A stretch of DNA of 64,000 nucleotides from Fibrobacterales bacterium (lineage in GTDB: Bacteria; Fibrobacterota; Fibrobacteria; Fibrobacterales; JAOPTW01): positions 1 to 64,000 of the forward strand of contig JAOPTW010000013.1 of assembly GCA_051532035.1 (NCBI GenBank), given 5' to 3'. Positions 40,201 to 49,799 of the stretch are shown piece by piece (positions within the stretch are counted from its first letter, which is position 1; each line of letters starts with the position of its first letter). Made by a program: the position numbers and the translations under genes. The notes under the pieces were generated by a model. It did not search any database. It was not told where the DNA came from and saw nothing but the letters and a program-made list of their open reading frames with translations.

Positions 40201-40426
40201 GATCACCATTTTGAATTGCCAAAGGCTCAAACCGAGGTGAAACTCCTAGAACTATTTCCTTGTGGTTTTTTATCCATTGTAATTCCAATTGAGTCAGGTT
40301 GAGAGAGTTGCCATTCTCATTATTCCAGTGTTCTGTTTCGGAATACCCCAGAGTGAAAGTTGCCACAAGAATGATTATAAGAGCGCTCCGGCTCAGACTC
40401 TTCTGAATTAATAGTTTTAATCTCAT
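37256..40426 (-). CDS. Hybrid histidine kinase: two SBP_bac_3 domains, TM, PAS, HisKA, HATPase, REC
   Basis: GGIAHDFNN, NLVTNA, DTGKGI, GEGTGFGL; REC FVDDE...ITDQTMP...KP. Confidence 0.92.
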   Translation of the reverse strand: MRLKLLIQKSLSRSALIIILVATFTLGYSETEHWNNENGNSLNLTQLELQWIKNHKEIVLGVSPRFEPLAIQNGDQLPTGIVPEIFSQIEKLANVSISVKFNEWPEAVRQATNGETDGLIGCSDAMTRATDLKPTISLRNIYPVIYAKKNTPFKIGDFNDLKNLRVTIPRSHKMLNEILKPHEASIKIEKVNTTFDALTLVSEGKADAAVGVSTDDYIINKYGIPGVEIVHFDFKNEYDVMSCIRSDWPELVSIINKSINYIGKLEVDRIFSKWIGEYNQKNIKLADDEKKWLSEHPVITVGSALNRAPIEWMDSKGTHHGISIDYLKAIEKMLPVSFKILKEPSFDSLIIKAFTGELDLFTNVSFTKKREPFFSFSNPYLSFPVMIYSRSDVPYISDVSLLKGKKVAAIKGYAVEEWLKRDYPNIEIVSCSSTRKALMLLINNKVDAFLGNIYSTGYVIGKEGLTNIKVAGETEYTYDGRMAVPKRNLKLLSIIQKALDAMPEYQKVTIRKQWSPISYIYDHSLLWKVLFIVGVIVLLFVWSNIKLRKVISKRSKQILASDVHLRQLFENSSVGFMRTELATGRTVTCNLEFAEIFGFTSKNECILMLQFSKQLVTGSLRDTQLQTLMREGRVAYVEEFKRNDGRSVWLSVSEKIVANKMYTDGVVIDITEIRDMKMMLNQSNKMRLIGQMTGGIAHDFNNSLAGIMGLTQIAIKKLDSDHDLHTYLDKIMTASNRASDLIARIMAFSHSADTGMRPMKLSEIIDEVVDLLKATIPSTIQFQVSKNNSMSLINGNDTKIHEAIMNLVTNAIHSIGEKGTLNIALFEKEVIEASTGYLGVIKPQKYNVIEVTDTGKGIDKKALHKIFEPFYTTKNKGEGTGFGLAVVFELMQLHEGNIQIDSTPNSGTTFRLYFPNTISKDYKTQKVAMDAPKGSERILFVDDEDMLTDIGHEYLTKYGYRVTTASNGKNALNLFKQNPYEYDLVITDQTMPHLTGYELAQGIFNVRPGLPVIICSGYSAHITEEDCFNLGVKCMMQKPINNIDMGLKIREILDVT

Positions 40427-40502
40427 TTTGTATCCTCCTCAACATACTTGTTATGTCATAGGGCTGAAATCTAAATTTTAATAATTCTCATTTTTTTATA
40501 CC

Positions 40503-41033
40503 TTATGTTTTTGATTGCATTGTCGCCAAATCACCAATCTCTGATTTTGACAAAAGGGAATTTAATTCAACCAACATAATTACCCGTTCCCGAACTTTTG
40601 CAATTCCAATAATAAACTCATTTTCCACATCATTACCAAAACTAGGGGTTTCCTGAATCATATCTGCACTTATAAAAAGCACTTCCGACACTGCATCAAT
40701 AACCACCCCCATGGTGAGCATCTTAAAATCTACCATTACCTGTATCACTATAATACAGGAAGTATTGCTGTCTTCACAGGGGCTCATTCCAAACTTATTA
40801 CGAAGGTCAAGAACAGGGATAATTGCTCCTCTCAAATTTATCACCCCACGCACATACTCCGGAGTCTTAGGTACCGGGGTTATCTGCTGCATTTGTATAA
40901 TACGCTGAACCGTTAAAATTTGTATCCCATACTCTTCGTCAGAGAGTTTGAATGTAAGATATTTATCTTCTAGATAAGTACCGACATCATCTGTATCGTT
41001 TGGCACAGTATCATCAATTGTAGCCATAAGCAT
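40503..41033 (-). CDS. cheW: Chemotaxis coupling protein CheW
   Basis: KYLTF.L..EEYGI, ITPVP, GVINLRG.IIPV.DLR, G.VID.VSEV. Confidence 0.95.
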   Translation of the reverse strand: MLMATIDDTVPNDTDDVGTYLEDKYLTFKLSDEEYGIQILTVQRIIQMQQITPVPKTPEYVRGVINLRGAIIPVLDLRNKFGMSPCEDSNTSCIIVIQVMVDFKMLTMGVVIDAVSEVLFISADMIQETPSFGNDVENEFIIGIAKVRERVIMLVELNSLLSKSEIGDLATMQSKT

Positions 41034-41112
41034 CTCCTTAAAACTGGGTCAAATCTCTTTATTTATCGCCATTTTTATGTATATATAAATTATTAATCTA
41101 TAGGTATAACGT

Positions 41113-41129
41113 AGCGAATAGCATGCCGT
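41113..41129 (-). promoter_or_regulatory. sigma54 -24/-12 promoter of cheW
   Basis: Minus strand CGGCATGCTATTCGCT (GG-N10-GC). Confidence 0.7.
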
Positions 41130-41188
41130 TTCTAAATGAGTATTTTTATGATTATTTCAGATTACTCAAGATTAGTAAGATACAGTTT

Positions 41189-41273
41189 TTCTAATTTATG
41201 GAATCACCAAATTTTAACTAAAATAAATGGTCATTACTTATTTCTAATTTTTAAAATATTCTAATATTTAGAA
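41189..41273. promoter_or_regulatory. Three TTCTA-N5-TAGAA palindromes (putative activator binding sites)
   Basis: 41189 TTCTAATTTATGGAA, 41242 TTCTAATTTTTAAAA, 41259 TTCTAATATTTAGAA. Confidence 0.65.
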
Positions 41274-41326
41274 GCTGGAACTTATACATTATTTGATGCT
41301 ATACCCTATTGTATTTAATACCGAGA

Positions 41327-43084
41327 TTACTTCGCATTAGGCTCGATGATTTCTGCAATTTCAACATCATCACACATAATTTCTTTGATAGCAATATTAA
41401 TCAACTGGGCATCAATTTTGCAAGACAAACTTTTAATGAGAGGATTCTTTGGATGATCCAATCCACCCTGCTGATCATAATAAAATATTAATCCAGGCTT
41501 ACTTTTTGTAGAGAGGGCAGTATAAATATTTTCATAGCCTTTAAACTTTTCACCTTCTTTCAAGTTATACACAACCATTGATATTTCGTCCCAATCAGCT
41601 TCCAGGTCCTCAATGTTATCATGTTTTTTTTGCGCAAACCCAGTATGTTCAAGATAAAAAAGGTGCGATTCAAATAAGGATCTCTTTTTTTCAACAACCG
41701 CCATTTTCAGAGTCTTCTCTTTAATTGACGGTTTAAACATCTGTACCGGCAACGTTTTTCGATCTAACCCTAAATAATCAACAAAGAGATTAACTTGAGT
41801 AAAAATTGAATCAAAATAGATGTCTTTAATCCCTATATTCAACTTTATATCTTTTAAAATAGCATCAGGTATAGGATGCAAGATTTCATCACAACTTCTG
41901 CCAATACGAGCCGACTTTGCAAGAATATCTGCAAAACCAACCGCTTTAATAAGCTTGTTCTGCTCCTCTGTTGCTCCGTTAACTTCACTCGGAAACTTCT
42001 GTAATCCCCTTAAAGCAACCAATAGATCTTTTGGCATATTCCATTTTTTAAAGAGATGGAGCATAAACTCATTTTGATTTATGTTTAATACGTTATGGCC
42101 TGCCTCATCAAATGTACACCTACGAGAATAAGTATTCTCCATTATTACTTCAAATACTACACCAAAAAATTCATCATAAAGTAACGCAGCATAATCATGT
42201 AACAATCCACATAAAAATGCCAGCGAAGGATTAGGGTAATTGATAGCCTTAGCAAGTTTTTCTGATATTAATGCAGTAGCTAAGCTGTGATACCAAAATT
42301 CATGCCTATTAAATCCAAAGTTTTTTTCCTGCTGGTCTAATAACTGCATTACCGCCAATCCGAGGGTAACCTTTTTAGTTTCATCAAACCCAATGCGCAC
42401 TATCGCATCTTTGACATCATTTATTTCTCTATTTAAACTGCTAAAAACTACCGAGTTAGAAAGTTTAATAATGCTGGTGGCAATAGAAGCATCGGAACGT
42501 ATCACCTGAGCAAGTTCGTTGGCACTTGACTTATCTGATGCCGTAAGTTGAACTATCTTTGCAATTGAATATGGAAAAGCCATAAGCTTACCTACATGTT
42601 TGACCATAATATCAATTTTTTGTGATCCAGGTACATCTGGCTTAAGTAACAGATCCAACTCTTTTGACTTCTCGTCTTCACTCTCTTCACTCTCATTTGA
42701 AATAAGTTTTTCTAAATCAGGCCCTACTGATTGTATTAATGAATTAAAAAAATATGATATTTTCAAGGGCCGAGTAAAATAGTATTTAACACCAATTGAC
42801 CTATATTGCTGCTCTTTTTCATTAAAACTATGATTTCCATAACAAATCAGTCCCGCTTTACTCAATTTTTTATTCCCTCGAATAAGTTTAATGAGGTGCA
42901 ATTGTTCATTCTCTTTCTCAGGAAACTCCATAAGAATAGCATCAGGTTTATATTTCATTAACTCTAAATAACTTCCGGAATTTGATTTAAATATTTTTAC
43001 TTCAATATTTCTTTGGGAAAATACAGTTTCAAAAACCTGCACCTCTTGTTCATTCACCCCTATAATACCCAGTTTTACAAGCAT
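41327..43084 (-). CDS. HDOD protein with N-terminal pseudo-receiver and degenerate C-terminal REC-like domain
   Basis: HDOD: I..D..IA..IIKL.NS, DAIVRIG, FWYHS, GLLHD; receiver Asp replaced (ILMEFP). Confidence 0.85.
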   Translation of the reverse strand: MLVKLGIIGVNEQEVQVFETVFSQRNIEVKIFKSNSGSYLELMKYKPDAILMEFPEKENEQLHLIKLIRGNKKLSKAGLICYGNHSFNEKEQQYRSIGVKYYFTRPLKISYFFNSLIQSVGPDLEKLISNESEESEDEKSKELDLLLKPDVPGSQKIDIMVKHVGKLMAFPYSIAKIVQLTASDKSSANELAQVIRSDASIATSIIKLSNSVVFSSLNREINDVKDAIVRIGFDETKKVTLGLAVMQLLDQQEKNFGFNRHEFWYHSLATALISEKLAKAINYPNPSLAFLCGLLHDYAALLYDEFFGVVFEVIMENTYSRRCTFDEAGHNVLNINQNEFMLHLFKKWNMPKDLLVALRGLQKFPSEVNGATEEQNKLIKAVGFADILAKSARIGRSCDEILHPIPDAILKDIKLNIGIKDIYFDSIFTQVNLFVDYLGLDRKTLPVQMFKPSIKEKTLKMAVVEKKRSLFESHLFYLEHTGFAQKKHDNIEDLEADWDEISMVVYNLKEGEKFKGYENIYTALSTKSKPGLIFYYDQQGGLDHPKNPLIKSLSCKIDAQLINIAIKEIMCDDVEIAEIIEPNAK

Positions 43085-43111
43085 TTTTCACCTTTAATAT
43101 AATCACTTTTT

Positions 43112-43516
43112 TTAAATATATTTACATCTTTCAAGAGCTGTTTCATAGTTATCTACTTCAATAATCTTTAAACCGCAGGGATCTGTAATGATATTATACG
43201 ATGAAACTACCGGTTCTGTTATTGAATTTTTTTTAGGAAATATAAATATACAACTCTTTATACCAGCGTTTTTAAAGTCATCAAAAATTGTACCATAAAA
43301 AACTTCAGCAATAACTTTTAATCCCATACAAGATTCAATAGGCATGTTTACTATCCAGCCCAATCCTCCATTACGCTTTGCAAAACTAAGACCTTGATCC
43401 ACAATAGCATTTAAAAACCCTTCAAAGGTTATTTCAGAACTTACCCAAACATCTTCAATAACTTTCAGTTCATCATGCCACACACCTGTCACCACATCGG
43501 TATTTTCATAAATCAC
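43112..43516 (-). CDS. Small hypothetical protein, STAS/SpoIIAA-like
   Basis: GTG start with RBS AAGG; W...I.FE.F...GL...WIVN...GIK...F...A pattern. Confidence 0.55.
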   Translation of the reverse strand: MIYENTDVVTGVWHDELKVIEDVWVSSEITFEGFLNAIVDQGLSFAKRNGGLGWIVNMPIESCMGLKVIAEVFYGTIFDDFKNAGIKSCIFIFPKKNSITEPVVSSYNIITDPCGLKIIEVDNYETALERCKYI

Positions 43517-43577
43517 AATTGTACCTTCTTTTTTTAGATACTAAAATGTATGACAACATTGAGTACATTTAATATCA

Positions 43578-43594
43578 AGCAAACGTTATGCCAA
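43578..43594 (-). promoter_or_regulatory. sigma54 -24/-12 promoter
   Basis: Minus strand TTGGCATAACGTTTGCT, near-consensus TGGCAC-N5-TTGC. Confidence 0.8.
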
Positions 43595-43665
43595 CAGACC
43601 TGAAGGGGAACTATGCATAATTTTCACATTTTATCCATTACAAACTAAAGTTTTAAAAGTTGATT

Positions 43666-43700
43666 TTCTAATATTTGGAAGGACATTCTATTTATTGAAA
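43666..43700. promoter_or_regulatory. Two TTCTA-N5-TAGAA-like palindromes
   Basis: 43666 TTCTAATATTTGGAA, 43686 TTCTATTTATTGAAA. Confidence 0.55.
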
Positions 43701-43793
43701 ACATACAGAATATAGAAGTAATTATTTGGGGAGTATGCAATAACGATAAAAGGTAAGGGTACTCTACTTTTGTATCTTTTGAGGTTCTCTATT

Positions 43794-45932
43794 TCAAGGA
43801 ATATCGTTAAGATTTATCTGAAAACGTTCCATATCTATAATCATAGCTACAGTACCGTCGCCCATAAGAGCACCTCCAGTAAAATGAGTATTGACTTCAT
43901 CTACCCCTGCTATTTTTTTAACCACCATTTGACTGATACTATCAACTGAATCAACCGCAACAGCGATTGGGCCAGAGGTCAATTCTAATTCGACAATAAT
44001 CTTATCTTTGAGTGTGTCAAAACTTTTCTCTTTGGTGCATTTTAGATACAGAGAACTAAAGCGTACGAGTGGAATAACTTGATTATTTGAGAGGACTCCT
44101 TCACCGGTTCCTTTAACAGTGCAATACTGATTTTTCTCAGGCTTATAACAACTAATAACCTGCTTCACCGGTAATACAAACTTACTATTCTGTTCATTAA
44201 CAATATACCCGTTTATTACTTGAGTACTTACACTTGAAGGAATTGCAATAGTAAATATGGAGCCAGCATTATCTTTAGTATCCACCGAAATAGTTCCTCC
44301 CGCCTGAACGATATTCTGTCGAACCACATCCATACCCACTCCCCGACCGGAAACATCTGAAACCTCCTGAGCAGTTGATACACCTGGTCTAAAGAGAAGA
44401 TCAATAAGATCACCTTCCTTAAGAGTATCCTTTGGCCCGATAATTCCCATGGAACGTGCTTTCTTTTCCAGCGCCTGAACATTGATTCCAGCACCGTCAT
44501 CTTTTATTGTAAGAGTAATAACTCCAGCATCACTTTCAGCAGAAATTGAAATGGTTCCCTTCTGTAATTTTCCATTTTCATTGCGGATATCAGGTAATTC
44601 AATGCCATGATCAGCTGCATTTCGTACCATATGCACTAGAGGTGCCTCAAGGATATCAATAAGTGACTTGTCAACCATCAGCTCTTTCCCCTTGATCTCA
44701 ACATGTATCTCTTTTGATTTTACTTTAGCAACATCTCTTACGATACGGTTCATCTTGTCGAGCACCCCACCCATGGGGAGTTTTCTAATCTCCATCACAC
44801 TTTTAAGCAATGTATTTGAAAGATCATCTAACATTCCGTTTATCCGGTACATATTAACCGCTTCAGTGTGAGCAGCTTCATTTTTATGAAGATTAACATA
44901 CAAATAGGAATACATTTCTCGTACTGTTACCAACTCTCCAACCAGACTGAGAAAAGTATCAATACTTTTTTCCGGAATCCTCATTGTTTTATTTTTTTCT
45001 AATTGAGTCTTTTCTTGATTTATAGGTGCTTCTGCTGTTGTATTCTCTTCTACCTTAGATACATCATTTTGTACTTTCTCTTTTGAGTCACTGATTTCAG
45101 AGTTTCCAAACTTAGGCGACTCCGGCATAGACCATTGTGCCTTATCGGCTATAATTATAAGGTGCTCCACCATAGATGCACGAGTTACCCCATCACCAAT
45201 TCCTATAGTATTCGCAAGCAGTTTGAGTTCTAAAATCATCGAATCTATATACTGCTGTATTTCCTCAGAATCCACGAATCCATGGCATTCTAAGATCAAT
45301 GCATTACACCGGTTAAAGTCCGGCTTATTCTCTTTATTGGTAAACTGAACATAGAGCTCTTGCATAAATTGCGGGGCATTTTTTCCCGGCGGCTTACATA
45401 CAGCATGGAATGCCCATCTGCCAGCATCACTGGTCTGTGCAAGTTTTCCTCCTATTTTTAGTATTTCAGGATCATCAACTACATAACTAAGAAGCTGTTT
45501 CCACAATAATTCTTCGTCATCTTTGCCCAGTGCCTGGATATGTTGAATGGTTCTGAGCAGCTCTTCGTATTCAGCAGCTGACTCTATTTCAGATTCATTT
45601 TGTAAAACACGGTGAAACATACAGTTCAGTGTATCGATTCCCAAAAGCAGTGAATCAATAGTTATTTTATTTATAGCTGCCTGTCCGGTTCGTATGTTGT
45701 CTAATACCGTTTCAAGTTCATGGGCTAGTTCGGTAACTTTAATCAGACCAAAAAATGAGGCATTCCCCTTCATTGTGTGTACCGGGCGAAATATTTCTTC
45801 AATCAACTCCATGTTAGAAGGTGCATTTTCGAGAGAGATAAGTAAATTTGAGACTGCATCAAGTGCTTCTATTGATTCATCAATAAATTCAACTTTCAGA
45901 GATGGATCAACCTGTAAATCTATAACGCCCAT
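43794..45932 (-). CDS. cheA: Chemotaxis histidine kinase CheA
   Basis: HPt IFRPVHTMKGNA; PLVHMVRNAADHGIE, DDGAGI, SGRGVGMDVV; C-terminal CheW domain. Confidence 0.95.
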   Translation of the reverse strand: MGVIDLQVDPSLKVEFIDESIEALDAVSNLLISLENAPSNMELIEEIFRPVHTMKGNASFFGLIKVTELAHELETVLDNIRTGQAAINKITIDSLLLGIDTLNCMFHRVLQNESEIESAAEYEELLRTIQHIQALGKDDEELLWKQLLSYVVDDPEILKIGGKLAQTSDAGRWAFHAVCKPPGKNAPQFMQELYVQFTNKENKPDFNRCNALILECHGFVDSEEIQQYIDSMILELKLLANTIGIGDGVTRASMVEHLIIIADKAQWSMPESPKFGNSEISDSKEKVQNDVSKVEENTTAEAPINQEKTQLEKNKTMRIPEKSIDTFLSLVGELVTVREMYSYLYVNLHKNEAAHTEAVNMYRINGMLDDLSNTLLKSVMEIRKLPMGGVLDKMNRIVRDVAKVKSKEIHVEIKGKELMVDKSLIDILEAPLVHMVRNAADHGIELPDIRNENGKLQKGTISISAESDAGVITLTIKDDGAGINVQALEKKARSMGIIGPKDTLKEGDLIDLLFRPGVSTAQEVSDVSGRGVGMDVVRQNIVQAGGTISVDTKDNAGSIFTIAIPSSVSTQVINGYIVNEQNSKFVLPVKQVISCYKPEKNQYCTVKGTGEGVLSNNQVIPLVRFSSLYLKCTKEKSFDTLKDKIIVELELTSGPIAVAVDSVDSISQMVVKKIAGVDEVNTHFTGGALMGDGTVAMIIDMERFQINLNDIP

Positions 45933-45933
45933 A

Positions 45934-46371
45934 TCACCCTTTTTTTACTGGGTTTAGTCCACGTAGCTCCAGAAATTTTGTATTCCAGGTAAATAGAGAT
46001 TGCATAGCAGTATTTACTGCATTCTCCAGTTCTTCAAGATCATTCAGTGGCTTGAAAATAAAGGTCTCTGCCTGATTTTTCATACACTCCAGAGCATTAT
46101 CCAACGTCACATACCCCGACATCATAATGACCCGCAGCATAGGGTACTTATTTCGTATCTCTTTAAGGAGTGCTACCCCATTCATTTCGGGCATTATAAT
46201 ATCGCTAATGACAACATCAAACTGTTTTTCATTCATTAACCTTAGTGCCTCCACTCCATTGTTCGCAGTCTCGACGGCATGCCCCAACAGTTTAAAGTTA
46301 CGTGAAAGCATCTCACAAATTTCCTGTTCATCATCAACTATCAGTAGCCTGCCCAGAAGATTAATCTTCAT
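45934..46371 (-). CDS. Single-domain response regulator with C-terminal helix
   Basis: LIVDDE, ISDIIMP, MSG, KP. Confidence 0.9.
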   Translation of the reverse strand: MKINLLGRLLIVDDEQEICEMLSRNFKLLGHAVETANNGVEALRLMNEKQFDVVISDIIMPEMNGVALLKEIRNKYPMLRVIMMSGYVTLDNALECMKNQAETFIFKPLNDLEELENAVNTAMQSLFTWNTKFLELRGLNPVKKG

Positions 46372-47611
46372 ATTTTATCCTCAATGATTCAGTAAAAGAA
46401 TGTACCAGTGGAAGAATAATTGTAAAACACGCCCCACCACTTTCGATGTTTGCCACCGTAATAGATCCATCATGTTCCTCAATGAGCCCTTTAGAAATAG
46501 AAAGTCCGAGTCCAGTTCCGCTACTTTTATCTTTAGTAGTAAAAAAAGGATCAAAAATGCTAATCAAAATATCTTCAGGGATACCCGGACCGTTATCTCG
46601 TAGCAGTAATACCAATAAACCATCCTGAATTGAGTGCTCTATTTCCATGCGCGGATCCTGTGTACCACTCAAAGCATCTGCTGCATTAGTTGCAAGGTTT
46701 ACAATAACCTGGGAGATTTGAGTGATGTCTGCCCGAATAATTATATCATCAACTATTGGCGATACAGCAATATCTATTCGGTTTTTAATTGGACGACACA
46801 TCTCAACTGCTTCATATATCACATCCTTGAATTTCACCTCTTTTTTTTCGGATTTATCCTGACGGGAGTAGGACTTCAGCCCTTTAACGATTTCGGTAAT
46901 TCTTTCAACACCTTTTTTTATACCCTCAATCATATTGGGAATCTCTTCGGTAATCATCGATATCTGAGGTATTGTCTGCACCATTCTTTCATGATCAAGA
47001 TGTGGAGCGATAAGGTTCCAGGCGCGCGCTATAGTCTGTACATTACCCGATATGAATGAGGTTGGATTATTAATTTCATGAGCAATCCCGGCAGACATAA
47101 TCCCCAATGTAACCATCCGATCAGCATGAACAAGTTGAACTGCACGTTCCTGAGCAAGGTGTTCCATTTTTTCAGCATATTTTTTAATTTTTTCAGTTGT
47201 CACCGATACTTTATGTTCATAGTTAGCAATACGCATACCTACTTGTACCTTATTGAGAATTTCCTCCTCAATAAGTGGTTTAGTGAGGTAGTCGTCCGCT
47301 CCCGCATTAAATCCTGCAGCTTTATCGGTAAGGCTAGTACGTGAGGTCAGTAGTAAAACATAGGTATATGGGTATGATGATTCTTCGCGTGCACGTATTT
47401 TACTTAACAGTTCAACCCCGCTTAATCCCGGCATCTCCCAATCCGTTAGTATAATACTGTATTTTTTACCCGCTTCAAGAAGTGCCCACGCATCGCTACC
47501 ATTATCAACCTTAGTAACGATATATTCATGTCTCTGCAGTATTGCTTCGAGCATAATACGCGTCGGTAACTCATCTTCGACTATTAGAATTTCCATACCC
47601 CTACTCACCAA
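46361..47611 (-). CDS. Cytoplasmic REC-histidine kinase
   Basis: REC IVEDE...LTDWEMP...KP; AGIAHEINNP, NLATNA, DNGPGI, GTGLGL. Confidence 0.92.
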   Translation of the reverse strand: MVSRGMEILIVEDELPTRIMLEAILQRHEYIVTKVDNGSDAWALLEAGKKYSIILTDWEMPGLSGVELLSKIRAREESSYPYTYVLLLTSRTSLTDKAAGFNAGADDYLTKPLIEEEILNKVQVGMRIANYEHKVSVTTEKIKKYAEKMEHLAQERAVQLVHADRMVTLGIMSAGIAHEINNPTSFISGNVQTIARAWNLIAPHLDHERMVQTIPQISMITEEIPNMIEGIKKGVERITEIVKGLKSYSRQDKSEKKEVKFKDVIYEAVEMCRPIKNRIDIAVSPIVDDIIIRADITQISQVIVNLATNAADALSGTQDPRMEIEHSIQDGLLVLLLRDNGPGIPEDILISIFDPFFTTKDKSSGTGLGLSISKGLIEEHDGSITVANIESGGACFTIILPLVHSFTESLRIKYED

Positions 47612-48890
47612 ATCCTTTTACATCGGAAAAAACCAAAGTAAACTTACTTCCTTTACCCGGTGTACTTGTTACGAGTATATCCCCGCCCTGTTCTGTCATT
47701 AGGGCTTTACAAAGACCCAATCCAATTCCAGTTCCCTTTTCTCCAGCCGTTCCGTACGTTGTGTAATTATCAGAGCCTTTGAATATACGTTCAATTACTT
47801 CTGGATCAATGCCATTACCAGTATCTGTAATGCTAAGTTCTGTACTGTCTCCCTTGATACTACTGGTAAATTCAATCCCCCCCCCTTTTTGACTAAATTT
47901 TATAGCATTACTCAAAAGATTTGAAAGAACAATTGTTACTGCTCTCTGGTCTGTTGATAAAGTTTCTGTTTCACGTATGTCATTTTGAACCACCACACCC
48001 TTATGCTCAATAAGCAACCTGAACGAATTAATCACATCACCAACAATGAGTGAAGATGAAAAAGTGGTTACCTCACCTTTTTGATTATCCTTTTTTAGTA
48101 GGCACCAGTTCAAAAGATTTTCAAGAAGAAGCTTTATACTTGTGGTATTAATTAACAGCGCATCATTGAATGTATCTAATGTTTCCCTATCAAATACTTC
48201 TCTATTCTCTTTTGCATACGAGAGACTCTCAATTACACCGTTTATGGGGCTTTTAAGGTCATGGGCAATAACGCCATAGAGCATATCTTTTGCGCTATTT
48301 GCCTCTTTGAGATACAATCTCTGTCGATCTACAGTCTCAAATTTTAAAATCAGAATATTATGCATTCGTTCAAACACCATAATAATTGTAATACCGAACA
48401 AAACCACAGATACAGCAGCAAGTAACCATGAAGTAAAGCTATCGATATAGACGGCATAAGAAATCATAGGTGGAATAATTTTATTAGCTAAGGCCCAACC
48501 AACAATGAGAGTAAGGACACTTCCGAATAAAATAATCCCAAGACCTACTTTGTAATCTATAAGTACTGCAGCTAAAATTGCAGCTGTGATCAGAAGCAGT
48601 AGACTTGTCCCCAACAAACCATGAGTGAGTATATCTGCTATGGCTGCTACAAACCCTATGCTAATTATCGTCCATGCTTTAAATAAATAAGAAAAAACAT
48701 GTTGGAATTTATACAGAACAATAAAAGAAAACATTGCTATTGCATGAATGATCATAATCGGCATCCAGCCTGTGGTAAAAATCCTCAAAAACGAAACCAT
48801 CACCGCAACAATTGTCAAGACAGTAATAATTTTTAACACATAATTTAACTGCTTATTTCGTTCATTAATAATAGTGTTATTAAATGCCAT
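47601..48890 (-). CDS. Multi-TM sensor histidine kinase
   Basis: About six hydrophobic segments; IAHDLKSP, NLLSNAIKF, DTGNGI, GTGIGL. Confidence 0.9.
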   Translation of the reverse strand: MAFNNTIINERNKQLNYVLKIITVLTIVAVMVSFLRIFTTGWMPIMIIHAIAMFSFIVLYKFQHVFSYLFKAWTIISIGFVAAIADILTHGLLGTSLLLLITAAILAAVLIDYKVGLGIILFGSVLTLIVGWALANKIIPPMISYAVYIDSFTSWLLAAVSVVLFGITIIMVFERMHNILILKFETVDRQRLYLKEANSAKDMLYGVIAHDLKSPINGVIESLSYAKENREVFDRETLDTFNDALLINTTSIKLLLENLLNWCLLKKDNQKGEVTTFSSSLIVGDVINSFRLLIEHKGVVVQNDIRETETLSTDQRAVTIVLSNLLSNAIKFSQKGGGIEFTSSIKGDSTELSITDTGNGIDPEVIERIFKGSDNYTTYGTAGEKGTGIGLGLCKALMTEQGGDILVTSTPGKGSKFTLVFSDVKGFGE

Positions 48891-48929
48891 ACCACTCCCC
48901 CAAAAAAATATAAAGTTTCAAACACCTCA

Positions 48930-49799
48930 TCAGCAAGATACCTCTTTTTGTATTTGATAATCAGCGTGCAGCTCTTCTATAAGCACCTCGACCTCTGGCT
49001 CCGTCGCTTTTAAACCATCCATAATCTGTTCACGGTTTTGAAACCAGCTAAAAGGCTCATTGAGCAAGTGTATTTTTGAATAGATATATTCAGAAAGTTG
49101 CAGCAGCAAAACAGTTTCTTTTATTTTTTTCTTCAAACTTTCATCTTTTATTAAAGAAAAATCATTCTCCAGATCTGTTGAATGATGATAATAGATAGAG
49201 TAGTAGATAAACTCCGGAAGGTTCCACCTTTTTGCGAGGTAATACCCTACCACAGAATGGTCAAGACAATACATCTTATCCTCGTATTTAGTTATTGACT
49301 GTTCATTATTGAATACATTTTCTAAATACCTTTTTAAATACTCAGCACTCCGTTCGGTAAGTGATGGTACTCCGCAATTTGAAAGAAGCGCAGTTGCGTA
49401 AACTTCATCTGGTTCGATACGGGTATATCGCTTGGCCAAATGTGTAGCAATTATGCTTAAATGATTTGATTGCTCCCAAAATACATCCAGCTCCTTGTCT
49501 CCATTGTAAAGGGCCTGTCTCATGCAAAAACAATTAACCAGATTACCTAGGTTTTTAAGTCCCATGAGCATAATAGCCTGCTGTACTGAAGTAACATTAT
49601 ACTCCAGACCAAAAGCAGCGGAATTGACCGTACGTAATATTGATGCAACCAACGCCATATCTTGCTGCAAAATATTGGTGATAATGGTAATTTCACATTC
49701 TTGGCTTCTACACGTTGCCAGAAACTGTACCAAAACATCAGGTTGCGCTGGTATTTCTATGCTATTCAGCATTAAAGTGGTTAGTTTACTCAGTTCCAT
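48930..49799 (-). CDS. Stand-alone HDOD protein (HD replaced by SN)
   Basis: IP.QP, D.AL.A.ILR.VNS, FWE.S, ALLSNCG, DH..VGY.LA.RWNLP; start moved to MELSK (RBS AAGGA). Confidence 0.85.
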   Translation of the reverse strand: MELSKLTTLMLNSIEIPAQPDVLVQFLATCRSQECEITIITNILQQDMALVASILRTVNSAAFGLEYNVTSVQQAIMLMGLKNLGNLVNCFCMRQALYNGDKELDVFWEQSNHLSIIATHLAKRYTRIEPDEVYATALLSNCGVPSLTERSAEYLKRYLENVFNNEQSITKYEDKMYCLDHSVVGYYLAKRWNLPEFIYYSIYYHHSTDLENDFSLIKDESLKKKIKETVLLLQLSEYIYSKIHLLNEPFSWFQNREQIMDGLKATEPEVEVLIEELHADYQIQKEVSC

